Assembly: GCA_035084275.1 (NCBI GenBank)
Contig: CM068757.1
Span: 2,666,001-2,730,000 of the forward strand
DNA: 64,000 nucleotides
Origin: Hydrolagus colliei
Taxonomy: Eukaryota
Reading direction: 5' to 3'
Position numbers and translations under genes: made by a program. Positions 12,950-24,753 of this stretch are shown one piece after another. The number at the start of each line of letters is the position of its first letter. Positions within the stretch are counted from its first letter, which is position 1. Under the pieces are notes generated by a model, which had not been told where the DNA came from, made no database searches, and was given only the letters and a program-made list of their open reading frames with translations.

Positions 12950-13265
12950 ACTCTACAGGACCCAAATTAGAAAAGGTTTGCCTGGATTTGGAGAGTTGCT
13001 TTTGATATCTGTAATATGATGGTGGAGTTGTAACTCCAAGATGGCTCCATTTGTAGATGACACCAAGTTTATATATGCCTCTTGGCTGATAATTAACACA
13101 TGATAACATCTAATCTGGACTTCTATATGTCTCCTATTTTGGAAGGAAAACAGAGGATGCACATGGGATGGTGGGCTATATCGCCAAATCAAATTATGTT
13201 CAAATCCCGTAAGTCATACTTGAACACAGATAACAACAGCTGGAATGCGTTACCAAAACAGAGGT
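12950..13265 (+). mobile_element. Highly decayed CR1-like RT fragments
   Basis: tttgtagatgacaccaag (FVDDTK, compare FADDTK), gggctatatcgccaaatca (GYIAKS) and agctggaatgcgttacca (SWNALP) occur in the expected order. Confidence 0.6.
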
Positions 13266-14010
13266 CTTTGTTAATAATGTAATTGATAATAATCTTTGCA
13301 TTTGATACAGCACTTTATGTACCTTTGTCAGAGTGATTCCCAGCTGTACACAGATATAGTGTAGAGTGGATTGATTGTATTTTGTTTAAGAAAGCGGTCT
13401 TCTTCATCCAAACTTTCCATGGGAAATGCAAACTACAAGGAGCAGTAATCCGGTGAATGAAAGTTTTTAGTTGCAGATATCTCAAGGGAGGGACTACTTT
13501 TCATTCTGAGTTTTCTCTCTGAATCTTGCTGCTCTTTCTCTTTGGATTCTGATTGCCTGCTGTAAGTTGCCAGAGTTTTTTTGCCTTCAAATTTGCATTT
13601 GCAGCCTTCAGTTTTTCTTTATATCTTCTGATTATTGATGTGCCGTCAGCTTCACAGTGATGTATAAATCTGCTGCTATGTGCATGGGATCATCTCCTAC
13701 TGTTAGCTACAATGGCGAGAACCTGAGGAGTAATTATATTCTAGATATATTCACAAAGATATTTCCTTGAGGGGTTTTCACTTTGTAAATAACTCCCTCT
13801 TTCCCCCCCCACCACTCCTCTTTTTCAATTCATGAAATGTTAGTGCAGGAGCTGGCTGGAATATTATAAAAGACCCATCATCTTGAATTCAATAAGTTCA
13901 ATAATTTGGCTGTGAAATATTTCTTTGAAATGCACACACAGCGATTTTTACACAGCGCGTCTCAGAACTATAAGGAAAAAGATTCTATTTAGCTACTTTC
14001 CTGAAGATTG

Positions 14011-14522
14011 ATAATCAAGCCTTGCATTTAATGGTACTGTAAAGTGCTTTTCTAGTCAGGAAGACATCTCTGCAAGATTACACTGCAAAGTGTAGTTCAT
14101 CTGTGTAGGCAAATGTAGCAGGCAATGTACCACAAATGGCTGGAAATTGAATGTTCAATATTTATTTGGGGGAATTGTTGGCCTGGACACCAGATGAAAC
14201 TCCCTTTTCCTTTTGAATAGAGCCATGGGATTTTTAACTTCTACCTGAACATGCAGTGGGGGGAGGGGGAACCTTGTTTAATAATAAGAAGAATAATCCT
14301 TGCACTTGATATAGCGCTTTTCACATCTTATCAACGTCTCAAAGCGCTTCACAGAATATACTGTAAAGTGAATTGACTGTATATTTGTGGGCAAAATGTG
14401 GCAGCCAATTATAAATGGTTGTGATTTAACATCACATTCAGAGGATGGCACCTTCAATAATGCAATACACCCCCAGCACTGCAGTGGAGTATCAGCCTAG
14501 ACTTAATGAGTTGAAAGTCCCA
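14011..14522 (-). mobile_element. Old SacSINE1/AmnSINE-like Deu SINE interrupted by a younger SINE
   Basis: ggcctggacaccagatgaaactcccc...gccatgggatttttaacttctacctgaac lies before the insertion and tttaacatcacattcagaggatggcacc...cagcactgcagtggagtatcagcctaga after it. The two parts are collinear with the recalled Deu domain. Confidence 0.72.
14282..14410 (-). mobile_element. 5'-truncated young Deu SINE nested in the old SINE
   Basis: (AAT)n tccttgcacttgatatagcgcttttcac...gcagccaatt. Confidence 0.9.
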
Positions 14523-15151
14523 ATGATATGAGATAAAAATAATTAATTAAATTATTAACCATCCCTTATAAGAAATTGGTGGTTCGGTAATAATGATATT
14601 TGCATCATGTCAAATCTGAACTACATAATGGTAGACTTGTTGGAAATGCTCAGTGACTTTGCTTTGAGGTTGATTGGTGTCGAGTACTATTCCATACAGG
14701 CTGATCATTTCAAGCAATAAAGGATCATCCAACAAGAAAGCTTTCTGCTTTACTGAATGTAAAAAATCTGGCTGAACTAGTAAATACTAATTGGTTTACA
14801 TTATATTCTCTTATAGGTACGGATCATTTGCATTAATGTTCGTTTGTCTCTTATTTGCACAACTTTAATCAGCTATGAATTGGAAGTAATTTCCCACGCC
14901 ACTCCTTTGCCAGTCTGATAATGAACCAAAAATAATGTAGCTTTATAATTTGGCTTTGAGCTGGTTCATGCATTCCAAAGTTATTTTCGCAATGGCTTTT
15001 TAAAATTGCCAGTTTGCACAGAAATTCAAGCACAAAAGGAGTTAACTTGCTCGCACTAACAAAACTGATTAATTTTCTTGTAATGTTCAAAAGGTTCTGG
15101 AGCGAAATGTTTAAACAAGCCCAGTGATGATGTGATACAATGAGTATGGTT

Positions 15152-15468
15152 GTGGAGTCCTGCAGCTCAGTGGTAGGTAAGAGCAGTGGCCTCACAAGTG
15201 AGAGATCTGGGTTCAATTCCCATTAGGGCAAAACCTTGGGCAAGTTTCCTTACTCTACGCATGATAATAATCCCGCAAGGCAATCAATAAATAAAAATAG
15301 CAATTTGATCACTCAATCTATGACTGTTTGTGGGACACTGCTGTGCACAGTTGGCTGCCATGTTTTGCCCACATATATACTGTCAATTCATTTTACAGTA
15401 TATGCTGCAAGGCGCTTTGAAACGTCCAGAACACATGAAAAACTCTAATGCAAGGATTAGCATTATTT
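15152..15468 (+). mobile_element. Full-length young Deu SINE
   Basis: Head gtggagtcctgcagctcagtgg, B box gggttcaattcc, Deu core and tail aatgcaaggattagcattatt. Confidence 0.92.
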
Positions 15469-16564
15469 TTTATTTGTGTTGTGGCTGTAGTAATGTGTAA
15501 TATAAAATTTGGGATTTTACCAACCTAATTTTCCACATGGGGGATGTAATTGTACTTGCAGAGTTATTAGAGGCTTCATATAATTATAGTGATAATGAAT
15601 TAAATTTTATACTGCACTCCTGGTGAAGCATTGGGCTAGTGTGTAGAATAGTCAATAACATGTTGGAATCACTGTAATTGTATTGCTTGATAATCAGCAG
15701 TGGAAGAAATATGCCAGTGTGTTTATTCATAAGTGAGTATGATCGATTGTTAACTCCCACTCAAATATGTTGCTGTTACAGAGCACTGACTAAAATCCTT
15801 TAATATTGGCATCATGATCCATTAACCAAAACAAAACAAACCATTGATTCCTAGTATGACAGATGTGGTGGAAACATGGAAGCGGAAGAAAGAGTGCCCG
15901 CATGAAGTTCCCAGTAGATGTTATTTTAAGGCAAGATGCCCTGGAGTGATTTGGAGGCTGTATTTCCAATTTCATATTCGAATGATAGCAATGAGCTGTT
16001 TCTTTGCTTTTGCAGTTAAGGGTGTTTTCTGAAGCTGTCAAACAGATTACTACCTAGTCTTTAGTTCAGAAGCTTCCATTATTCTATGTCTTTCATAGTT
16101 GCCTTTCAGACTTGAAAGATGCTTCGGAAAAGATGCTTACAATTGAATTCAGAAATGTTGCCAAAAGACACAAACAAAATGTTTTTTTAATTTCCCGTCA
16201 CTAAACCGATTTGTGATTTGCTCGTTCCTCAGAACTGAGCATCAGTTTCGTGCTTGATTACCTGTGTCCCTGAGGTGATGTGAATTTTATTTTGATACAA
16301 GTCTCATCTGTGTACAAATAGAACTGTCTTTGTAGCACTATAGGAATAATGTTCCAATATTATTCTAGAAATATTGACTAAATTGCACCACAGTGTGAAA
16401 ATGGCAGACTTTCCTGAGCAATAACCACTACAATTTTTGTCCTTAAGGTGCCGTGTCCTCTTGATATCAACTGAGCTCAGTGATTGCAGTGCTGATCTCC
16501 ACACTGGGCAGCCATATTGACAATGAGTCCTGTAGAAGACATTCCCAAACTGTTTTGACGTACT

Positions 16565-16697
16565 AAAACGCAAAATACTGCAAATGCAGAACACGACGAA
16601 GGGTCGTGGACCCGAAACGTTGACTCACTTTTTCTTTCTCCATAGACGCTGCGTGACTCTCTGAGTGTTCCCAGCGAGTTCTGTTTTTGTTTCGACT
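16565..16697 (+). mobile_element. Penelope-like terminal repeat remnant with a damaged hammerhead motif and a short inverted end
   Basis: gacgaaGGGTCgtgGACCCgaaacgttgact followed by ctccatagacgctgcgtgactctctgagtgttcccagc. The first 23 nt are the reverse complement of the family's 3' end. Confidence 0.75.
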
Positions 16698-17589
16698 TAC
16701 TGGTGCTGTCAGACTTTATCCCAGCCTATCGGTGAAGCTTACCGATTCCTGGCTGTGTTTTTAATCGCCTGTGATTGGAGGCAATGGTGATGAGGTGGTT
16801 CCAAGCATTTATGTCGCACATTTGGAAAGGATGAAAACAAGTTCCTAAAGTGAAGCCATTTTTTTTTTACACAGCTGTTTGTTTTTGCATCATTCAAGAT
16901 TCATGAGAAATACTGAAAGGTGTTCATTCTTTAAAAACGGACATTCTCTACAGAAGAGCAAATTCAATTCTCCGAAAAAGAATGAAACTCTAATCAAGGG
17001 AGCAGTTTGTTCAATGTCTGTCAAGGTCAAACCAACCACAACTTGTTCCTCACTTGCAACACACAAAGGAACACATTCTTAAAGCATGCATGCTGCACGA
17101 TACATTACTATATATAAGCTTGTGCTACACATTTGCTTTCAAAATCATGTAACTTTGGAGAAAATAATGTCTCAGCACAAAGCTCACGAACCATTTTGCT
17201 CGTTAAACCCAAAAATATTAATTGATCTCATAGGATGCTTTTCTGTTCAACTCATATGATAACTGCAGCTGGGCGCCTAAAACTCTATACTTGTCGTTAA
17301 AGATTGAGGGTAGCCCGATCAAAACATTTAGCAGCAGAGTATCTGAACAACATTCTGTCCATAACTATCTACATGACAAGCTCAGAGTTCCAAAGGAGTT
17401 ACTGGTTTCCCACAGATGCTTTCAAATTTTTAACACAGTTTAATATGATTCAATTGTCAATAATTCCCGGGTACAGTTACTTATTATTCCGTGGTTGTTT
17501 TAGTTTGCCCTCATCAATCGACAACAAGTCAGTAACTTCTCTTCAATATACCAAAAATCTTGACTTGAACATATTTTTTTTAATCTAAC

Positions 17590-17762
17590 AAATTGCTCAT
17601 TCCAATCCACGGCTGTTTGTGGGACGCTGCTGTGCGCAATTGGCTGCCGTGTTTCGCCCGCATATATACAGTCAATTCACTTTACAGTATATTCTGTGAA
17701 GCGCTTTGAGACGTCAATAAGATGTGAAAGCGCTATATCAAATGTAAGGATCATTATTATTT
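17590..17762 (+). mobile_element. 5'-truncated young Deu SINE
   Basis: ctgtttgtgggacgctgctgtgcgcaattggctgccgtgtttcgccc...gcgctatatcaaatgtaaggatcattatt. Confidence 0.9.
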
Positions 17763-19640
17763 TATAATTAGATTAATTTGCATCCTTTAACCATCACAAC
17801 TAAATCCATCCACTCTTTAATAATTGGCCTTGGAGTACCTTTGCTTAGATTTTTCAACTGCACCAGCACAAATCGGGCCAAAACAATTTCTGACCTACAA
17901 GTATGAACAATGGTAAACAGGGGAATCCTGGCTCTGGCCTCTTATTTCCCACTGCCTCAGGAAGCATATCTGTGAACTTCTAAAGTTGTATGATGCCTTA
18001 CACCATGGGAAATATGTGGTTTCTCCTTTTCATAATTGCTTTCAATTTTCAGGAATACTTTAAAGTTCCAACTAAATTTAACATTTAGGAAGTTGGCCCA
18101 ATCGTATAAAGCAAAATTTACTACAATATAAATAAGAGAGAATTGTGGCTATCTGATTTAGTGGATATATTGTAGCTCCCACGAGATAGGTCAATGACTC
18201 TATTACATTAATTAGACACCTGTGTTTCTCTCTCTATCTCTCTCATTCTCTCTCTTCCCTTCCTTTGGCCTTTCACAATGAAAGCACAGAGATGTTCTCA
18301 GAGAAAATTGGATCAATGTTACATGATAATAGACCACTGGGTGTTCAGTTTTATTCTACGCAGAAGGGTATTGCTTTCATCTGTTGTTGCAAATTGCGTG
18401 TATTCAAAAAAAAGTTTCCCAGTTCAAAAAGAACTGGAAAGAGATGATGGCTTTGCATTGTAACCAAAATCAATTTTAACCAAGGTCCATCAACATGAAA
18501 CATTCTCACCCTTTCATTGAAAGCAGATCCAACGATACTTCTCATTCACTGCCTAACCTGCACAGCATTCCACATTGTTACCTGGTGTTTCCGTGGCTGA
18601 TTGCAATGACAATATTGAGATGAACAGTTTTTATATGTTATTTCATTGAGTCATTGCAGAAACACAGATAAATCAGCCTCAAAGCAAGTAAAAACAAACC
18701 TTTTAGAGATTCCTAGTAACCAGAGCCTTACATGACAATGGAGAGTTCTCAGAAGCTAGATCCTCCCTAGGGAAAGCTCTCTTGTTCAGGCGTGAAAGAT
18801 ATTATGCAAATGTAATTTTGTTGTAGTTGTACTTGGTAACAGCAGGTAACAGTTTTGATAAATATGACACTTTCGATGGATGTGATGAGATGAAACATTC
18901 CATTTTGTGCATTCGGCTTATCTGTGGAGTTACTACCAATGGGTTCCTAACCCCTGATTCAATGGCTGTCACCTTATCCTTTTGAAGTCTAACCAAATCT
19001 AAACCTTCAAAGTGATTGTGTAAGTGGGGCTATAATGGCCTGTTTCTGTTTGTAACCAGCTGAGTAACACTGCTCGGACTTTAAATTGAAAACAGGTCAG
19101 CAAAGTTGAGACTCTTAATTCCTTTTAAGACTATAAAGTCCTCCTGACTCATTTTAATGGCTGAAATATAGAGGTGCTTCATTCTTATTTCCTGAAGCTC
19201 ATTTGCTTTTCTTCAAGGTTTGAAGTAAAGGAACTGGATAATCTTAATGGTCTGAAAGCAGCTGACGATTTTGCTTGTTTGTTTGTTCGTCATGCCGTTT
19301 TTAAACCTTTGTGTAATTCTTTACCTACAGTTCTACAGTACCAAGAGTGAAAGATTTAATATTTAATAATGTTTCTGCTATCACAGCCACACTTCATCAA
19401 TTCCATTTATCTAAATAGATTTTCTATATTTTTACCAAAAATCTACGTGGGGGTTTGGTGTGGGATGGGTGGGTAGCAGGCTTACAAATGTTTACTTTTG
19501 TGTCAGTTTAAAAAAATCATGACATCACTAAGAAAGCAAAGAATGAAAGAAAAAAAATGAGGGAGTGGATGGAGACACATTTAGTAGTTAGGCGATGCCA
19601 AGGTTGGGTGGAAGGACGGAATATTTTTGAGAACGTGGGG

Positions 19641-19702
19641 AAAACAACAACAAGTTACATTTGTTTAGTGCCTTTCATGCCAAGAGGACATCCCAAAGTG
19701 CA
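19641..19702 (-). mobile_element. L2 3' tail remnant
   Basis: (AAC)n gttacatttgtttagtgcctttcatgccaagaggacatcccaaagtgc. Confidence 0.7.
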
Positions 19703-21593
19703 GGGAAATTGGCTTTCAGTAGAATATGGTGTAAAGTTTGTAGATTTGAACACACTGAGGATAAGTGCACAGGAAGAAACATCATAACACACGGCATAAA
19801 GAAGAAAATGAAAATGATTTTAGTGGAACAACTACTATATTAATATGGATAAAATAGAAGTTGAGAAATGTCTGATTTTAGTTATAAATATCTGGGTGAG
19901 CAGAGAATCAATGGCCCCTACTCAATAGGATGTACAGTAGTTTGACCATATGTTAGAATTTTTAATATCTTTTTGCAAAGTTTGAGAATAGCCTTGGGAG
20001 TGTTTGAAAGTTTGTTGTCTTGTAGTGTGTTCACTGACATAATTCACATGATTGAACATAGTCCTGAAGAACAATGTTTTACTCGAGCAATTCTTTGGGG
20101 AGCCATTCTAGTGTTTGCTCTCTTGTACGAGAATGTGCTGGATGTGAAGTGTTTATTAATGAGGGAAACATATTTATAGATGCCCACTATTTATGGTTAT
20201 TAAAATACTTCAGTTTTGTGGAACTACCGTTGCGTGAACAGAAGTACAGGAATTGCATTTTAATCATCTCGGAATGCTGACTCAAGCAAAATTACCAAAT
20301 ATGAATATTACAGCATTTATCACTGTCTGCGTTGTATACCTTTGATGAGAACCAGAAATATTTTTGTTTAAGACAGTGATGTTCACCTTCTTTATTCGAA
20401 AAGAAACTTAGAGTTGTGCAATTCAATAGCTATAGAACATCTCTTCAGACCAGAATGTAGGGGGTTCCAATATAGATTCTTTAAGTTTCAAAGTTGGCAC
20501 CAGTTTCACTATTTGCTTTTCAACATCAATTTCAAATTGTTGAGCCTGTTTTCAGTGAATTTTTCATTGCAATAAAGATGTTGGAGAAGATAAGCAATGT
20601 GGGTTTCTAAGCTGGGTTTCCAGAGGAATGAGTAATGCTGATATAAACGTATGCTATTCAATTCTTACTATAAGTTCAGATGTGGAAGATGCCGATGTAA
20701 GTTAGCAATTTTCAGCCAAATATTAGAAAGGTTTCTTTTCTCTCCCACACAGAGCAATCAATGTGCAAAATAAAGTTTTACGAAATCAGTAAAAGTTTTA
20801 TCAACCAAGTCTTTAAGGGAGAGTTTGATGACTATCTGGTTAGGAACATGACTTTACAATAATGAAAATATATCCAGATGGGTTGAATGTTGTGTGGAAC
20901 ATGGCGATGCAGCCAGTGAAATGAATAATGAAAGTACTGTAAGGTCATATACTTGGGGTTTTGCTCCGTTTATCTTTGAGAGCCAGTGTTCAAAAAATAC
21001 TGTACTGGAGTGGCGTGTACATGTTATGTGAAGTGAACAAATCTTGATGGATTGAATGGTATTTTCCCCGTTCCATACATACTTCTGCTCTTAATTTACT
21101 TTTGGTTAAGTCTTTTATGTTATACATAATTCAAATCAATCAAGAAAGGGTTATTAGGGGAAGTTTTGGTCTGTACCTCTGTTTGCACTTTTATATATTT
21201 TTTACTCCTCGATTGTACTAAGCCAATGGAATCTGGGCAAGGAAGAGTTCTGTTTAAAGTGAGTCCGTCATAAATTTTATTATTTGGTTGGGATGAGATG
21301 GTTTCTAGGTGCAGGACTGGGTTCTGAATGCAAATGAAGACACAGCTCCAGTTCGTAATGCAAATCAATATCTATGGTTATTACTTCTGTTTGGGCAATT
21401 ATTGTCTAATCTAACTCACTCAATGAATGACAACACCATCTTCCTCTCCTTTTCCCCCCTCACCTGCAACTCCTCCATCCATCCACTGACATTGAATCAC
21501 ATGGCATAGTCCGAAACACTACAATGAGATGTGAGACTTTACATTTGGCTGACAAATAAACGTGACCAAATGTAATTAACCTTGAACCCATAC

Positions 21594-21780
21594 ATGGGGA
21601 GAAATTCCACCTGAATCTAGATTCACTCAACTACTGGATCATATTATAGAGTTTGGCAAACTGTTGAATTTAATCTTAATTCTGTAATTCCTAAAGGCAC
21701 TTGCAGAACACTGACTTCAAAGTGAATGCTAAAATGTTATATCAATAGAGTGAATCTAGACCCAGGTTGATTCTCTGCAT
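21594..21780. mobile_element. Old MITE-like element, family A
   Basis: atggggagaaattccacctgaatctagattcactc (21594-21628) and gagtgaatctagacccaggttgattctctgcat (21748-21780) are inverted repeats. Confidence 0.72.
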
Positions 21781-22449
21781 AAATAGTTTGCAATTACACT
21801 TGTCAGAGACTAACCCATTCATTTGAAATATGTCCTGTCTTGTAACACTCACGCGTTTCCTCAGAACAAATTTACTCTCTGAGCAGGAAAGCTAAGAAAC
21901 TTTTATTGATGAATCCCAGAGCGCATTTCCTCGAATATACATTTTTGAGTTCAATGTCTTTTCATATGGACTCACTGGCACTTCCTTTATAATTTAACTT
22001 AAATAAAACTACTCGGCAGGAACTAACAGTATTCCCGGTAGTACATAAAGCAATATTTTGAGAAATCATTGGCTGGTGCATCAATTAACTCATTCTGGCA
22101 GCATTTTTTTCTGTGTAAACCATTGATTTTCTTTTGGAAATTTACTTAATTTGTTTTATGTGCAGCTTCTAAAGGTTCTGTCCGAACCATTGATTTTTTG
22201 GAGGAACCTTTCTTTTTCCACAAGAAGCTTTCAAATGCAATCATGCTGCGAATTGTTTGAGTCCTATTTCATTGGAAGTTTAATATTTTTCCAATCCTTT
22301 TAAATATGTCAGAGCTTCTCATGGTGCTTTACGCACAATAGTGCAAAACTATTAGCATTTACCACAACAAAATTACATTTATAGAGCTCCTTTCATGTCG
22401 GGAGATGAAGGGAGCAACACTGCGATGCTCACAACTCATTTGATCTCTG

Positions 22450-23250
22450 TGCATGAATACCAATAATTTCACCATAAGATCACAAGAGAGATTTGTATGA
22501 AGATGACTGTTCGGTCTATTTAATCTCATCCTTCCAGAATCCCCCATCTTTCCACTGGCCCATCAGAGCGTCAAACAGCTGACCAAATGAGTCCAGTTAT
22601 CTGGACCTCAATCACATTCCCTGTAATAGTTGTTAATTACGGTGCAGACTTATTTCCTGAAATTTGTCCTGAAATTGTCCTTTGCAACTCTAAACCAATG
22701 GCTCTTCATTTGTTGCCTCAAGTGTGTCTGATAGTATTGTATCCCGGTCTTGCACATTTTTGCAAGTTCCCCTCTGAGGTGTCTCCTTTAAAGCTTGAAG
22801 AATTGATTGTGCCCATTTGCTGAAGTGTTGCATTTCCAGTTTATTCCCCAAGATTTTCCCCACATTAATGCTTTTGGTGTTGATTGCTTTTGGAACATTA
22901 GTTTCATCACATAATCCATGTGTACTTTCTATCAGAGTGAACCAGTTGTTGTCTGACATACCAAACATACTGGAATCTGCTTTCCTCCCTCCCAACTATT
23001 TACTGTTTCAGATCCTATTCAGAGGATCTGCAACAGCAACAGTTCATATACAGTGTATTAAATTTCCTTGTTTAAATATATTAACGATAATGATGGTATT
23101 AGTCCCTCTTGGCTAATTAAAAAAAATTCTGTGACATTCTCAACTTTGAACATTGGAAACAAATATTTATTTCCAGACGGTTTCTCTTCAGTTCACTGGC
23201 TTTCACATTCCTACAGCATATTCTACTTCAGGCTGCTTTTAAGTCATTGA
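22450..23250 (-). mobile_element. Very decayed CR1-like LINE remnant
   Basis: Composition and scattered motifs (TLEATNEEPLV near an RGH-like segment, ADSSMFG near an ADDTK-like segment) are suggestive only. Confidence 0.35.
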
Positions 23251-23534
23251 ATTCTCCTTATAGTCAGTCATGTGTTTCCCCCATTACTTGGATGCTCGAT
23301 CAATGATCTGATAGGGTCTATGGATTAACATATCTTGAAACTTCTCGTTTGATAAATCGAGTTATGTTTTTTTGGTGCGTTTGAGTTCAGCATGTCCATA
23401 TTTTATGGAGCAAAATTCAGAAACCCAAGCTGACTTTATTTTATTATCTGATATATTTACCATTTTGACATTTTCCATCAAGGTACAATTCTTCAGAAAT
23501 AGTATTAGAAAAGCTTTCAGAAAACAGGTTTCAT

Positions 23535-23860
23535 TTTTGATGTAGGATCGTACCATGTGAAAACATCCCAAGGTGCTTCAAACAAAGAATTTCTGTGACC
23601 GCAGTGACTTATGGTGTAGCTGGTAAATCTCCACCAGCAACATCACACAGACTACAATGAGATGGATGATCAATTGAGCTATTCTTTTAATGGATTTGAT
23701 TTGGATCAGAGACAGATATTGACCAGATCACCAGGAGTACTCTCTTTTGTTCAAAATAGTGCTGTTAAGATCTTCAATGTCCACTTGAATCACTGAAATG
23801 AGTAGATAGGGCCACGTAGTAAATTTATAGTCAAGCCTGATCCTTGATGGCACCTTTTTG
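23535..23860 (-). mobile_element. Old SacSINE1-like Deu SINE
   Basis: catcccaaggtgcttc...gaccagatcaccaggagtactctcttttgttcaaaatagtgctgttaagatcttcaatgtccacttgaa...gatggcacc parallels the 14011 and 47480 copies. Confidence 0.6.
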
Positions 23861-24741
23861 AAAATGCCACCAGCTTTTCATTAGTGCCTCTTTCCTGAGA
23901 TGGTCGGCGCTTTGTGTTCCAAGTGTCCCAAAATCGATGTTTTTAACAAGTTCTCCCCTTGGTGGTATCTTGAGGACGAGCTCAATCTAATTGCAAGATA
24001 GAGAGGTAGTATTCCCAGAGATTTGAAACACTAATCTGACAAGATTGGCTGTTCTGATATAATTTCTAAATAGCCTAAAATTGTGTTCATTTATTTAGAT
24101 TTATAAGAACCAGGAAAGGTTGCGGGGTGTTGAGAGTAGGGTCAACTCTTAACTTATCAGGTTTGATGGTCTCCTATGTTACTTTGATCTGCTTACAATA
24201 GAAACTTGAAAGCGCTTCTTCTACGGTTGTAACGGCTAAATATTTGAAAAAGTTAAGTTATCGCCGTTTATGTCCTCAAATTTCTTCAAATTTCTCCTTG
24301 TTTTGGAGGAAAAAAGGAGCAGCTATTGCTTTTTCTGAAAACTCATAACACTTCCCCTTGCCACGTTGTAGAACAAAACCCTTCAAATTGTCACCTGAGC
24401 TCAGTTTAAACAAAGTAATGTAAGCTCTGATCCCCTGGCACCCAATGCAATTGCCCCATAATTGAAAGGCTGCAATGTGTGTGCGGCAATAAAAAGTAAT
24501 CGCTTCTAAATTCAATTCGGCACCCATTTTGATATGGTAGAAATTAAATGCATTTGAATTGCAATTACTGCAGGAACTTGTTAATTTTGCGAGTACCATT
24601 GACTTCATCCAAAAAAATTGAAGAGCTGCGGCTGAATAGATCCATTCAGACAATGCAAGGAGGGACTCGGCGTTTTCAACCCCCTGAAGGTTTTTTGTTC
24701 AAAAGGAAAGTTATTTTCCGCGCTCTCTCCCCCGCCGCGTG

Positions 24742-24753
24742 ACTACAATTCCC
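24742..24753 (+). promoter_or_regulatory. ACTACAATTCCC motif (ZNF143/THAP11-HCFC1-type) next to a small CpG cluster
   Basis: Exact 12-mer directly after ttccgcgctctctcccccgccgcgtg. Function is not demonstrable from sequence. Confidence 0.35.
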
